NCBI GenBank assembly: GCA_965195285.1 | Contig: CBDAFS010000031.1 | Coordinates: forward strand, 83,912 to 147,911 | DNA from: an uncultured Aminicenantes bacterium | GTDB taxonomy: Bacteria > Acidobacteriota > Aminicenantia > UBA2199 | DNA: 64,000 nucleotides | Direction of reading: 5' to 3' | Part shown: piece by piece, positions 1 through 10,695 of the stretch | Layout: every line of letters begins with the position of its first letter | Position numbering within the stretch: the first letter of the stretch is position 1 | Program-made: the position numbers and the translations under genes | The notes under the pieces: generated by a model | Told to the model about the DNA's origin: nothing | The model's input: the letters and a program-made list of their open reading frames with translations, nothing else | The model's database searches: none

Positions 1-1
1 A

Positions 2-1312
2 TTTAAAATTGCCGGCCGTATTACGTCCATACGAAAAATGGGAAAGAGTTCTTTTTTGCATTTATTTGATGGCCAGGAAAAACTACAGGTCTATATTCGG
101 AAGGATTTTCTTCCCAAGGCGGAATATGCGGTATTCGGATATCTGGATATCGGTGATATCATCGGTGTTCACGGAACTGTTTTCAAAACCCACAGCAATG
201 AACTGACCATTCTGGTTTCCCGACTGGTATTCTTGTCGAAATCATTACATCCCCTGCCTGAAAAATGGCATGGCTTGCAGGATAAGGAACTGAGGTTCAG
301 GCAACGCTATCTTGACCTGATTGTGAATGAAAATTCCAGAAAGAATTTTCAGGTACGGTCAGAAATTATCCAGCGCCTTCGAATGTTTTTTTATGACCGG
401 GGCTACCGTGAAGTCGAAACCCCAATGATGCAGCCCATACCCGGGGGGGCATCTGCTCGTCCCTTTGTTACTCATCACAATGCCTTGAATATTGATTTGT
501 ATCTCAGGGTGGCACCTGAATTGTACTTGAAACGATTGCTTATCGGTGGTCTGGAAAAGGTGTTTGAAATCAATCGGAATTTCAGAAATGAGGGGATCTC
601 ATTGATGCACAATCCTGAATTTACCATGCTGGAATTTTATCAACTGTACCGGGATTTCAATTTCTATATGGCCTTGACCGAGGAGCTCTTTGAAATGCTG
701 AACAGGCATTTTTCAGAGGGCAGCCAGATTCAATTCCTCGACACTGAAATATCTATGAAAGCACCCTTTAAAAGGGTCAAATTCATGGATTTAATATCCA
801 CAGCCACCGGTGTACCACTTGAAGATCTGTGGGATGAGAAAAAAATAAGGACATTCATCGGACAGCAGGTTCCGGATGAAACCCTTCCCCCCACTTACGG
901 TAAGATGCTGGAACTGGTTTTTGATCACTATGTGGAACCGACCCTGATGGAGCCGACTTTTGTCACCTATTATCCAAAGGTTATTTCACCCCTCTCCAAA
1001 GTCTCCAGATTGGATAATCGGGAAACCGAACGGTTTGAATTGTACGTGGGGGGGATGGAAATCGCCAATGGTTTTTCAGAATTGAATGATCCGGTTGATC
1101 AGAAGCAGCGGTTTGAAGATCAGCTCAGGGACCGGGAAAAGGGGGATGAAGAAGCCCAGGTCCTGGACAGTGATTTTCTGAAAGCACTGGAGTATGGTAT
1201 GCCGCCCGCTGCGGGAGAAGGTATCGGTATTGATCGTCTGGTCATGCTGTATACCGGAGCCAACTCTATCAAAGAGGTTATTTTATTTCCCTTATTACGA
1301 CCCAAAAAATGA
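2..1312 (+). CDS. lysS: lysyl-tRNA synthetase, class II (5' end lies outside window)
   Basis: The reading frame is open to the window edge; translation upstream of the M at 38 continues as FKIAGRITSIRKMGK, like the LysRS anticodon-binding domain. Class II motifs are present: motif 2 FRNEGISLMHNPEFTMLE and motif 3 GMPPAAGEGIGIDRLVM. Confidence 0.9.
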   Translation, partial: FKIAGRITSIRKMGKSSFLHLFDGQEKLQVYIRKDFLPKAEYAVFGYLDIGDIIGVHGTVFKTHSNELTILVSRLVFLSKSLHPLPEKWHGLQDKELRFRQRYLDLIVNENSRKNFQVRSEIIQRLRMFFYDRGYREVETPMMQPIPGGASARPFVTHHNALNIDLYLRVAPELYLKRLLIGGLEKVFEINRNFRNEGISLMHNPEFTMLEFYQLYRDFNFYMALTEELFEMLNRHFSEGSQIQFLDTEISMKAPFKRVKFMDLISTATGVPLEDLWDEKKIRTFIGQQVPDETLPPTYGKMLELVFDHYVEPTLMEPTFVTYYPKVISPLSKVSRLDNRETERFELYVGGMEIANGFSELNDPVDQKQRFEDQLRDREKGDEEAQVLDSDFLKALEYGMPPAAGEGIGIDRLVMLYTGANSIKEVILFPLLRPKK

Positions 1313-2532
1313 AATTTGAATTTTTTATAGCCCGGAGATACCTGGTTAAAGGCAGGAAAAGTTCGTTCATTTCCATTATCTCCCTGGTTTCCATCATCGG
1401 TGTAACCATCGGGGTGGCCGCCCTCATCATTGCCCTGTCATTGATCAATGGTTTTCAAAATGACATCAGAAACAAAATTCTGAGTTCGACGGCCCATATC
1501 ATGGTAAATAATATTCTGGGCGATGGACTGGATGGGTATGAGGAAATTATCCTTGATTTGAAAAAACGCTTTGATAAAATAGAAACCGCAGGTCCGGTGG
1601 TCTTCGGGACCATATTGCTTAAGGGATCTAATAGGAATACATCGGGTGCGGTTTTGCGCGGGGTTGATCTGGATTTGATCCGGGATGAGGGCTGGCAGCA
1701 AAAGCTAATGACCGGCAAGCTCCCTCTGGAAAAGAATGAAATTTTAATTGGAAAGGGACTCTCCAAGTACATGAGCCTGTACAGCGGTGATTCCTGTTTG
1801 ATCATATCACCCCAGCCAGTGCTGTCTCCCAGCGGTATTATTCCCAAGGTGAAAAAGTTTGTCATTTCGGGAATTTTCAATTCCGGATTGTATGAGGTTG
1901 ACAGAGGCACCATTATTACCAATCTTGAAAACGCCCAGAAATTATTTAACCTGAAGGGTAAAATCAGCTATATTCAAATTTATTTGAAGGATTTATTTGA
2001 TGCGGAAAAAGTGGCGAAGAAATTGAGGGAAATACTTCCGGTTCGTTTATCGGTGATTACCTGGAAAGAACTGAATGCCTCGCTTTATTCTGCCCTGGAA
2101 ATGGAGAAAACCGTGTTGTTTTTTACCCTGACCCTGATCATTGTAGTGGCCGCTCTGAATATTATTGCCGGATTGATCCTGCTGGTGATGCAAAAAATAA
2201 AGGATATCGGAATTTTACTTTCCTATGGAGCCACTCCTAAAATAATCAAGCGAATATTTTTTATTCAGGGCAGTATCATCGGGGTACTGGGTACCACCCT
2301 TGGGGTGGTCATCGGAGTGGTTTTTTGTTTTTTGGCCAATAAATTTGAATTAATCGGTGTCCCGGCCGGAATGGAAGAAATTTATCAATTGAGTTATATA
2401 CCCTTTAACACTTCTTTGTTTGATCTGTCGGCGGTTGTTCTGGCTTCTCTGTTGATCAGTTTTGTGGCGACCCTGATCCCATCCAAAAAAGCTGCTTCTG
2501 TGAATGTGGTGGAGGCGGTTAAGAATGAATAG
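1309..2532 (+). CDS. lolC: lipoprotein-releasing system permease, LolC/LolE (FtsX-like) family
   Basis: ATGA start/stop overlap with lysS. N-terminal TM (ISLVSIIGVTIGVAALIIALSLINGF), a periplasmic loop of about 220 aa, then three C-terminal TMs: the LolC/E/MacB-type architecture. Confidence 0.7.
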   Translation: MKFEFFIARRYLVKGRKSSFISIISLVSIIGVTIGVAALIIALSLINGFQNDIRNKILSSTAHIMVNNILGDGLDGYEEIILDLKKRFDKIETAGPVVFGTILLKGSNRNTSGAVLRGVDLDLIRDEGWQQKLMTGKLPLEKNEILIGKGLSKYMSLYSGDSCLIISPQPVLSPSGIIPKVKKFVISGIFNSGLYEVDRGTIITNLENAQKLFNLKGKISYIQIYLKDLFDAEKVAKKLREILPVRLSVITWKELNASLYSALEMEKTVLFFTLTLIIVVAALNIIAGLILLVMQKIKDIGILLSYGATPKIIKRIFFIQGSIIGVLGTTLGVVIGVVFCFLANKFELIGVPAGMEEIYQLSYIPFNTSLFDLSAVVLASLLISFVATLIPSKKAASVNVVEAVKNE

Positions 2533-3694
2533 CCCGGGACCGGTTCCGGGAATTGATATTTTCAGTGATCAGGCGGCCACGGTTTTAAAAAACCGAAAAA
2601 TTGCCCTGGTCACCGGCAGCTCCAATGTGGACACCTCAGGGAGACCGGTCTATTTGCAGGTCATGAAAATGGCAGGCCAACGACTGAAGGCGATCTGGTC
2701 ACTTCAGCATGGCTTTTTCGTTGATCAGCAGGATAACATGATCCTCTCCCGGTCTTTTTTCTGGGAAGAAATGGGGTGTAAGGTGTTGAGCTTATACGGG
2801 GATGAGTGCCTTCCCGCCCAGGATTCCCTGAAAGATATCGATGCCCTGCTCGTGGATGTTTTTGATGTGGGAACCCGGGTCTATACTTTTTTGAATCATG
2901 TGGTCATGATCATGAAACATCTGTCCGGAAGGGCAATAGATCTGATTGTTCTGGACCGCCCCAATCCCCTGAATGGAATCGATCATGAGGGGAATATTCT
3001 GGATGAAGATCATTTCAGCCTGGTGGGCATGCTTCCGGTTCCCATGCGGCATGGCTTAACGGCCGGAGAATTTTTAAGCATGGCTTTAACCTATTATGAT
3101 ATCGATATGAATTTGGAAATCGTAAAAGTTCAGAAATGGGAGCGACAGGAATATTTTAAGGGAATATGGTCCTATCCCTCTCCCAACATGCCCTCATTGA
3201 ATACGGCACTGGTTTACCCCGGAGCGGTAATCTTCGAAGCCACCAATCTTTCAGAGGGGAGGGGTACTACCAGGCCTTTTGAATTTGTCGGCAGTCCGTT
3301 TCTGGACAGCCCCAAACTGATTGATGCCCTGAAAGCGTTGAAATTAACCGGGGTTGTTTTTGTTCCGGTTTTTTTCAAGCCCGAGTTTTCCAAATATTCA
3401 GGCCAAGTGTGTCAGGGAATCCAGGTAATCCCCCAAAACCGGATTGAATTCAAAGGCTTTCAGGTGTATTATGAAATCCTCAGGTTGATCGTTGACAGGT
3501 ATCCCCGTCAATTCAGTTGGAATCCACCGCCCTACGAATTCGAATACCAGCGTTTACCCATCGATATGATCTGTGGGACTGACTTCATCAGGAAATCGCT
3601 GGAAGCGAATATGCCTTTTGAAGCCATCAAAGCGGACATTGATACCGGTATTCGGGATTACCGGGACCGGGCGGCAAATTTTTTACTGTATTAG
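2525..3694 (+). CDS. DUF1343 family protein (NamZ-like exo-beta-N-acetylmuramidase family)
   Basis: Segments LVDVFDVGTRVYTF and EGRGTTRPFEFVGSPF match conserved DUF1343/NamZ blocks as I recall them. ATG at 2525 overlaps the lolC stop by 8 bp; the 2504 start in the ORF track is less likely. Confidence 0.55.
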   Translation: MNSPGPVPGIDIFSDQAATVLKNRKIALVTGSSNVDTSGRPVYLQVMKMAGQRLKAIWSLQHGFFVDQQDNMILSRSFFWEEMGCKVLSLYGDECLPAQDSLKDIDALLVDVFDVGTRVYTFLNHVVMIMKHLSGRAIDLIVLDRPNPLNGIDHEGNILDEDHFSLVGMLPVPMRHGLTAGEFLSMALTYYDIDMNLEIVKVQKWERQEYFKGIWSYPSPNMPSLNTALVYPGAVIFEATNLSEGRGTTRPFEFVGSPFLDSPKLIDALKALKLTGVVFVPVFFKPEFSKYSGQVCQGIQVIPQNRIEFKGFQVYYEILRLIVDRYPRQFSWNPPPYEFEYQRLPIDMICGTDFIRKSLEANMPFEAIKADIDTGIRDYRDRAANFLLY

Positions 3695-3796
3695 AGGTCG
3701 GAACCGATGACTAAGGCTTTTGCTATTGAAATAAGGGCATGATTTATATACAATACCAGTCTGATCAGAAGGAGACAGGGTTTTAGGACCGGAATC

Positions 3797-6328
3797 ATGC
3801 TCAGGGAATATTCAGTTGAAGTCTGTAATCAATTGATGGAGAGGTTTCGACATCTCCGCTTGGTCCGTCCCATGCGGATATCCCGTTACGATGCGGGTAC
3901 AGAAGTGGATTTTGATATTGTTGGTGTGGAGAAGCGGAATAAAGGTCGGGTTCGCTTTTTAGTGGAATCATTTGTAGGCGGGGGATTTGCCGGCCAGGTA
4001 TACCGGGTCCGGGTAATTGGTCTGGATACCCCTGAGGGTCCCATCGGTTCCCTGAAGCTGAAGGGAAGATATGCGTTGAAAATCCTCATCCCTGCCTCCG
4101 GTTTTGCCCGGTTTTTCCGCAATTTTTTGTACTGGATCGGGTTTCAAGGTTTTTTTCAGCATCAGGTCAATCCCGAGGCTGTCCGGGCCGGTGCCCTCTG
4201 GCAGAAATTTTTTCGAAGGGGGGCCAAACTGCGCCTGGGTGATGAAAGTATGATCAATGATGTTCAGGCCACCCTGGTGGACATAAATCTGGGCAGTTGC
4301 GGGGAGATCAGTAATTGGGTTGATGGCCGGACCTGGAAGCTGGAGGTTGATGAATGTTTGGATGTATTGAAAAGGTTTTATCGCCGCCTCCCCGTGGACC
4401 GGGAAAAACTGGGATCGCCGGAGTACCGTGCCAAAAAAAAATTTATGACTGATTTTGTCCGGTTGCTTCATGATATGGGAGGGTATGAATTTGCCCGGCA
4501 ATATGAATGGTGGACCGGTAAGAGTCAGCCCAATTGTTTGAAGCGCAATACCACTCCCTATGATCCTTCAACCGGTCTGGTCGCGGTTGATTTCAGAGCT
4601 GGTTTGGTGCTCTTGCCTTTTTTTCCCATGAGCCCGGTCGATATCAAATTGATTTTACAAGGACTGTGGAGGAGAAGTCTGGTTCAGTTTGACCGGGGGG
4701 ATATCAGTAAATTGGAAGGCTTCATCAAAAGCCATCAGGATTCGTTTGCTGATTGTCAGTCCATGCTGTGTGAACTGAAACGTTCAGAAGCAATTTACCG
4801 GAACTCTGTTCCCGATATCACCCACCATCGTTTTAGGTTGCTATACAGCCGCAAGCTGTGGTCAACGATTTTTTCCAGTGCCATTACCGGCTGGCGTATC
4901 CGGAATTTGATTGATGGGGAATATGAACCGAAGCTCCGCGACAGCAGATACAGAACCATTGGGTTTTTCATGCTGGGATTGATTCCCTTTCTGGGAGGTC
5001 TCATCAGAAAATGGATGGGAAATGGCGATTGGAAACAGCACTCTAAAAAACTGATTTCAAGCTGGAATTATTTCAAAAAGGCCCTCCGGGGGAAATGTAT
5101 CGAGAAAACCATCAACTGGCATCGGAAAGGCCGAATAAATGAATTCCGGACCATGCGGATTTCGGAATCACTGGGGAGATTCAGTTTTCATCTGGTTTTG
5201 TCGTTGTTGCCTGTCGGATTACATCGGTTTCTGTCGGACAGAGGTTTTGCACGGGAACGTCTGGCTTATTTTTTTATCAGACCGGTTAAACTTTATTTCA
5301 ATGGAAAGGTTCGGGAACAATGGCTGAAAACCATGATCATTGAGGGGAAAAAAAAGCAGATACTCAGTGAGAATGATGTCCGGGTTATCCATTCCCAGCT
5401 CAAGGAACCCTACATTCAAAAATATTTGAAAAGCCTGGCTGTCCATGTTTTTACCTTGCCCGTTACCCAGATTGTTTCGGTTCTGGTCAGCTGGATATAT
5501 GTTAAAACCCATCCCGGCCTATCCGGAGCAGAAGCCATGGCCGCGGTGGCCACAATTCTGGTTCTGTTCCAGATCACCCCCATTTCACCCGGATCCCTGG
5601 TTAGGGGACTCTATGTGTTGTTTCTGGTCATAAAGGAACGAAATTTCAAAGACTATAACATTGCCATTTTCTTAAGTTTTTTTAAATATATCGGTTATCT
5701 GGCTTTTCCGATTCAGATGACCTACTACTATCCTGAATTGGCCAGGTTTATGGCTGGCCATTGGGCAACCGAAGCGGTCCATCATATTCCGGTTTTTGGT
5801 GAAAGAGGAGCTCTGCTGGAACACTGGGTTTTTAATTTATTCTACAACTGGCCCCTGACTATCCGCCGTCGAATGAGGAAAATAGCCGAGATCAGGCAGA
5901 AACAAAAATCCAGATACTGGCATACCGGTTTGATAGCCATAATTGGGGCGGGCATTTTCGGATTGGCTGATCATTTTTACCTGGTGCTGGCCGGGACCAT
6001 GCCCGGATTTAAAGATCTCTGGTGGTTCATGTTTATTTTACCTTTTATTTCCGGGATGATCCTGACCAGGGGCAGTGGTGGTGCCAAGCTGTCAAAAAGG
6101 GTTGTGTCCGCGGCGATATGCGGAATTTTTTTGGGTTTGTTTTACACTCTGATTTCTGTTTTTTTTGGCCAGGCTATCGGAATTTTCCCGGGTGAATGGA
6201 TTACGGCCGGAACCTGGAGGATATTCATTTTTTCAATTATGGCTGTTCTCGGAGTCCTGTATTTTGAGTTGAGACTGCCGGATCCGGAATTGAAATCAAT
6301 ATCCGAAAGAATATCAGTTCAGTCTTGA
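3797..6328 (+). CDS. protein-kinase-like N-terminal domain fused to ~9-TM membrane domain (unknown function)
   Basis: Gly-rich loop VGGGFAGQVYRV, putative VAIK-lysine equivalent YALKIL, DFG-like AVDFRAG. Residues ~340-843 contain at least 9 hydrophobic helices. No signal peptide. Confidence 0.55.
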   Translation: MLREYSVEVCNQLMERFRHLRLVRPMRISRYDAGTEVDFDIVGVEKRNKGRVRFLVESFVGGGFAGQVYRVRVIGLDTPEGPIGSLKLKGRYALKILIPASGFARFFRNFLYWIGFQGFFQHQVNPEAVRAGALWQKFFRRGAKLRLGDESMINDVQATLVDINLGSCGEISNWVDGRTWKLEVDECLDVLKRFYRRLPVDREKLGSPEYRAKKKFMTDFVRLLHDMGGYEFARQYEWWTGKSQPNCLKRNTTPYDPSTGLVAVDFRAGLVLLPFFPMSPVDIKLILQGLWRRSLVQFDRGDISKLEGFIKSHQDSFADCQSMLCELKRSEAIYRNSVPDITHHRFRLLYSRKLWSTIFSSAITGWRIRNLIDGEYEPKLRDSRYRTIGFFMLGLIPFLGGLIRKWMGNGDWKQHSKKLISSWNYFKKALRGKCIEKTINWHRKGRINEFRTMRISESLGRFSFHLVLSLLPVGLHRFLSDRGFARERLAYFFIRPVKLYFNGKVREQWLKTMIIEGKKKQILSENDVRVIHSQLKEPYIQKYLKSLAVHVFTLPVTQIVSVLVSWIYVKTHPGLSGAEAMAAVATILVLFQITPISPGSLVRGLYVLFLVIKERNFKDYNIAIFLSFFKYIGYLAFPIQMTYYYPELARFMAGHWATEAVHHIPVFGERGALLEHWVFNLFYNWPLTIRRRMRKIAEIRQKQKSRYWHTGLIAIIGAGIFGLADHFYLVLAGTMPGFKDLWWFMFILPFISGMILTRGSGGAKLSKRVVSAAICGIFLGLFYTLISVFFGQAIGIFPGEWITAGTWRIFIFSIMAVLGVLYFELRLPDPELKSISERISVQS

Positions 6329-7713
6329 ATACTTTCAATATGGGCTTTGATGGAACGCAACACCGGATCAACCGTATTTTGAATTTCAGCCAAATGGTCC
6401 CGACTGTCGGCTTCGTATCGAACCACCAGTGCTGGCTGGGTATTGGATGCCCTGACCAGGGCCCATCCGTTAGGGAACTTAATCCTGGCCCCGTCAATGT
6501 CTATGACTTCATGATTCTTTTTGAAATGGGATACGATCCGGGCAACAATTTTGAATTTGGCTGTCTCGGTTGTATCAATTCGAATTTCCGGAGTATTGAC
6601 TGCTTTGGGGATTTCCCGAATAATATCGGTGAATGATTTTTCCGAATGGCTGAGGATTTCCAGAAGCCTGGCTCCTGAATAAACAGCGTCATCGAAACCA
6701 TACCAGCGATCATTAAAGAATATGTGGCCACTCATTTCGCCGGCAAAAATGGCATTTTCTTCCACTATTTTTTTCTTGATCAGTGAATGTCCGGTTTTCC
6801 ACATGATCGGAATACCCCCATATTTCTGGATTTGCTGGTAAAGCACTTCCGATGCCTTGACCTCGGATATAATTTTACGGCCGGGATTTTTGGCCAAAAT
6901 ATCCTTTGAAAAAATGATCATCAACTGGTCTCCCCAGAGAATGGTCCCTTCTTGATCCACCACACCAATCCGGTCGGCATCACCATCAAATGCAATCCCC
7001 ACATCCGCTTTCACCTCCTTGACCTTGGATATCAGGTCCCTGAGGTTTTCCGGTTTGGTGGGATCGGGATGATGATTGGGAAACCGGCCATCCACTTCAG
7101 AAAAAATATCAATCACTTCTACCCCCATTTTTTTATATAGCGGTATAGCGGTCAAACCACCGGTTCCGTTTCCACAATCAACCACCATTTTTATTTTTTT
7201 GGATAGTTGAATATCATTCAGTATGGTGGCGATATAGTCATCTATAATATCCATTTCGGTAATGGTTCCCGGGCGTTCGGCCGGAAATTTTCCCTTGGAG
7301 GCTAGATGGTAAATTTCTTTGATCTGATCGCCTGATTGGGCTTCTTTTCCTACCAGTGCTTTGAAGCCATTGTATTCCGGGGGATTGTGGGAAGCGGTGA
7401 CAATAATTCCACCATCGAGATTCATTTTGAAAACCGCATAATACATGACCGGTGTAGGCACAAGTCCGATATCCAACACATCCAGTCCGTATTTTGACAG
7501 GCCGGAAATGACCATGTCCTTTATGTGGATGGAGCTGGGCCTTCCATCCATGCCCACTGCAATCTTTTTTTTACCTTCCCGGATATATACGGTGGCAAAA
7601 GCAGATGTGATTTTATCCACCACCTCATCCTGAAGCTCGCTGTCGACTATTCCTCTGATATCGTATTCTCTGAAGATGCTTTCTTCAATTTGACTCATGA
7701 ATCCTCCTGCCAA
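6319..7713 (-). CDS. phosphoglucomutase/phosphomannomutase family protein
   Basis: Active-site loop TASHNPPEYNGFK and metal-binding loop GIAFDGDADR. AGGAGG sits 5 nt upstream of the ATG at 7713. Confidence 0.85.
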   Translation of the reverse strand: MAGGFMSQIEESIFREYDIRGIVDSELQDEVVDKITSAFATVYIREGKKKIAVGMDGRPSSIHIKDMVISGLSKYGLDVLDIGLVPTPVMYYAVFKMNLDGGIIVTASHNPPEYNGFKALVGKEAQSGDQIKEIYHLASKGKFPAERPGTITEMDIIDDYIATILNDIQLSKKIKMVVDCGNGTGGLTAIPLYKKMGVEVIDIFSEVDGRFPNHHPDPTKPENLRDLISKVKEVKADVGIAFDGDADRIGVVDQEGTILWGDQLMIIFSKDILAKNPGRKIISEVKASEVLYQQIQKYGGIPIMWKTGHSLIKKKIVEENAIFAGEMSGHIFFNDRWYGFDDAVYSGARLLEILSHSEKSFTDIIREIPKAVNTPEIRIDTTETAKFKIVARIVSHFKKNHEVIDIDGARIKFPNGWALVRASNTQPALVVRYEADSRDHLAEIQNTVDPVLRSIKAHIESIQD

Positions 7714-7857
7714 AACAGGAGATTATACATGACTGAACAGTTTTAGACAAATATGTGACGGTACTCTCCGCCCGATAACACTATTCCATTCTATCCACTG
7801 ATCAACCAGCCGGGCCTGGTATTGTCTTTTGCAGGCTTTAATACTATAATATAGTAC

Positions 7858-9738
7858 ATGTTAAGGCGCTGGAAAAAAGTAGATCTGTTTATTGTCCTTT
7901 TGTTCATTCTGACCGGATTGTCTTTTCTTGCTTTTAGAGATCTGTATCAGATTTTTTTCTGGGTTCTCATTGTGGTACTGGCCTTACGGGTTTCACTTTT
8001 TTTAAAAAGGAAGTTGTTGTGGAAAACCAGAAATCGGCTTATTTTTTCTGGTTTGTTTTTCGTGATTACCCCTATTGTTTTGATTTTGATATTCTTTTTG
8101 TTTATTGTCTATATTATCATCGCCCAGTACGGGGTGATTATCATTGATAATTTGATTAGTCGACAGGTGGTTCAGTATGAGGCCAATGTGGAACGATACC
8201 TGGTGAATCTGGATGAAAATGAGATGATCAGGCGATCAACCCAACTCACCCGGTTCAAGCCGGAAAACCTGATTATTGCCCTGTATAGAAAAACAGGAGG
8301 AGGCTACCAGCATTTTTTTGTATATCCGGACGGATTTGGTTTCAACAAATTAAAAATCAATCAATATACCGGTTATTTTAAAATAAATAACACATTTTAC
8401 CTTGGGGTGCTAAAAAAACGGGGTGATTTTGCCGTGCTGATTTCCTCGGTGGTGGATCAGGATTTTTTAGATCAACTCTCAACCATTAGCGATTTTAAAA
8501 TAAAATTTGTCAAATATGATTCCCTTTCCAGTATGGGTCAGAAGACGGATGAAATTGCCGATATGGCCTCCAATGAAGAGGAAAAGCTTTTCCTGCCCTG
8601 GCCATACAAATTCAAGTTTATTGATTTTGATCAGGATCACTCCGGCAGGATCATTGAAAAAGAGCATCTTCACTGGCTGCTTATTGACTATGATAAAATT
8701 TTTCAGAAAATCCGCGGGATAAATTCCCATTCTGTACAGGTCAATATCCTGAAATTCATATATTTTTTAATTGGTCTTTTTGCCACTTTCATTATCATTT
8801 CATTTTTCGTTGGTTTTCGGATCATCCGGGTGCTCACCAAATCCATTAATCTGATCACCCGGGGAACCCAGAAAATCAGGAAGGGCGATTTCAGTTTTCG
8901 CATTAAAATTAAGTCCGGTGATCAACTTCAATATCTGGCTGAATCCTTTAATGAAATGGCTTCGGGAATTAACCGCCTGCTGATTGAGGAGAAGGAAAAA
9001 CAGAGACTTGAAGAAGAGTTGAGGATAGCCCGGAGTATCCAATTAAAGCTGCTACCGAAAGAAGAACTGGATACTCCGGAATTTGAGATCGCTGCTGTCA
9101 ATATCCCGGCCGAAGAGATCGCCGGAGATTATTTTGATTACTTTTATGAAGATTCAAAATATATGTATATACTGGTGGCTGACGTTTCCGGCAAGGGAAC
9201 ATCGGCCGCTTTCTATATGGCAGAATTGAAAGGGATAATGAATTATCTTCAGAAAAAAAAGATATCTCCCGCTGAATTGATTTCCGAATGCCATTCCAGT
9301 TTGAGCCACTCATTTGACAAGGTAACTTTCATTACCATTAATATTGCAGAATTTAAAATTCCGGAAAAGAAATTCATTCTGTCCCGGGCCGGACATACAC
9401 CCGCGCTATATTACAATCATAAAAAGAAGCAATGCATTCAGTTAACTCCGGCTGGGCATGCAATTGGATTGAGAAGTTTTTCCAAGGAAAGGATAAAAGA
9501 AGTTGTGATTCATTACCAGTCAGGCGATATATTGTTTCTTTTTTCGGACGGATTATCAGAAATCATGAATGAAGCGGATGAAATGCTGGGGATTGAAAAC
9601 CTGAAAAAAATCATTGAGCAGAATCACCATTTGTCAGCCAATGATATCAAACAAAAGATTCTGGATTTCAGTTTTGATTTTTCAGATTCCAGCTTCAATT
9701 CCGATGATTTAACCTTTATCGTATTGAAAGTAAAGTGA
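7858..9738 (+). CDS. membrane-bound SpoIIE/PP2C-family phosphatase with HAMP domain (RsbU-like)
   Basis: N-terminal TM helices, a second TM followed by a HAMP-like segment (ITRGTQKIRKGDFSFRIKIKSGDQLQYLAESFNEMASGINRL), a coiled coil, then PP2C/SpoIIE motifs GDYFDYF, ADVSGKG and FSDGLSE. Confidence 0.7.
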   Translation: MLRRWKKVDLFIVLLFILTGLSFLAFRDLYQIFFWVLIVVLALRVSLFLKRKLLWKTRNRLIFSGLFFVITPIVLILIFFLFIVYIIIAQYGVIIIDNLISRQVVQYEANVERYLVNLDENEMIRRSTQLTRFKPENLIIALYRKTGGGYQHFFVYPDGFGFNKLKINQYTGYFKINNTFYLGVLKKRGDFAVLISSVVDQDFLDQLSTISDFKIKFVKYDSLSSMGQKTDEIADMASNEEEKLFLPWPYKFKFIDFDQDHSGRIIEKEHLHWLLIDYDKIFQKIRGINSHSVQVNILKFIYFLIGLFATFIIISFFVGFRIIRVLTKSINLITRGTQKIRKGDFSFRIKIKSGDQLQYLAESFNEMASGINRLLIEEKEKQRLEEELRIARSIQLKLLPKEELDTPEFEIAAVNIPAEEIAGDYFDYFYEDSKYMYILVADVSGKGTSAAFYMAELKGIMNYLQKKKISPAELISECHSSLSHSFDKVTFITINIAEFKIPEKKFILSRAGHTPALYYNHKKKQCIQLTPAGHAIGLRSFSKERIKEVVIHYQSGDILFLFSDGLSEIMNEADEMLGIENLKKIIEQNHHLSANDIKQKILDFSFDFSDSSFNSDDLTFIVLKVK

Positions 9739-10466
9739 TTGAAGAACTGGAACAAAAAATAAACTACCATTTCAGGAACAAGGAGATTCTTAGGAATGCC
9801 CTGGTGCATAAGTCCTATAACGAGGGGGTAAAAAAGGGGACCATCAACAATGAGAAACTTGAGTTTTTAGGTGATTCGGTAATCAATCTTATTGTGACGG
9901 ATCTTTTGTTCAAGCGGTTTAAAAAATCAAGTGAGGGTGATCTGTCAAAGCTAAAGGCCCATCTGGTATCGACAAATTTCCTGTTTGAGATTGCCGAGTC
10001 CATCAATTTAAAGGATTATATACTTATGGGAAAAAGCGAGGAAAAAGGCGGAGGCAGGAGGAATAAAAAAATTATTTCTTCCCTTTTTGAGGCAATGGTG
10101 GGGGGCATATATATTGATTCCAATTTCAAGCTGGTATCGGCCATCATTGGTCCTTTTTTTAAAAAATTTCTGGAGAGTCTAGTTGAAAAAGATGTTAAGA
10201 TAAATGATTACAAGTCAGAGCTTCAGGAAATTCTTCAAAGACACAAGAATATTCTGCCTTTATATGAAATTCTTGAAGAATCAGGCAAACCACCCCATAT
10301 GACTTTTACTGCTGCTGTTTATTTATCCAACCAGGAGATCGGCAAGGGAGAGGGGAAAAGCAAACGACAGGCCGAACAGAACGCTGCATTTAATGCCCTG
10401 GAAAAGATTGAGGAATTTATAAATTATGAAAAACTATCGGAGGTATTCTTTTTAAAAAATGATTAG
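9735..10466 (+). CDS. rnc: ribonuclease III
   Basis: GTG start overlapping the upstream stop; RNase III signature EKLEFLGDSV; C-terminal dsRBD (GKGEGKSKRQAEQNAAFNALEKI). Confidence 0.9.
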   Translation: MIEELEQKINYHFRNKEILRNALVHKSYNEGVKKGTINNEKLEFLGDSVINLIVTDLLFKRFKKSSEGDLSKLKAHLVSTNFLFEIAESINLKDYILMGKSEEKGGGRRNKKIISSLFEAMVGGIYIDSNFKLVSAIIGPFFKKFLESLVEKDVKINDYKSELQEILQRHKNILPLYEILEESGKPPHMTFTAAVYLSNQEIGKGEGKSKRQAEQNAAFNALEKIEEFINYEKLSEVFFLKND

Positions 10467-10695
10467 ATTAATTCGCCAAGACGGGGTTGAGATATTATTA
10501 AATGTGGATGTCATTAAATCCATACAGGGAACGGAGCCAACGGTTATCACCCTTGCCAACGGAGAAAAACTGGAAGTAAAAAATCATTCCCGGGATATTA
10601 CCGAGAAAATCAAAGCTTATAAGGCCGGGATTGATCTGGCTGATCACAATGGCTTGTTTGTACCCGAGGAAATAGGAAGGGATAAATCTCGGTAA
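10459..10695 (+). CDS. FlbD-like small protein (flagellar/swarming FlbD family fold)
   Basis: 78 aa. MIRLIRQDGVEILLNVDVIKSIQGTEPTVITLANGEKLEV matches the FlbD pattern (M.+LTRLNG..+.+N.+.I..IE..PDTVITL.NG.K..V). Overlaps the rnc stop by 8 bp. Confidence 0.45.
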   Translation: MIRLIRQDGVEILLNVDVIKSIQGTEPTVITLANGEKLEVKNHSRDITEKIKAYKAGIDLADHNGLFVPEEIGRDKSR

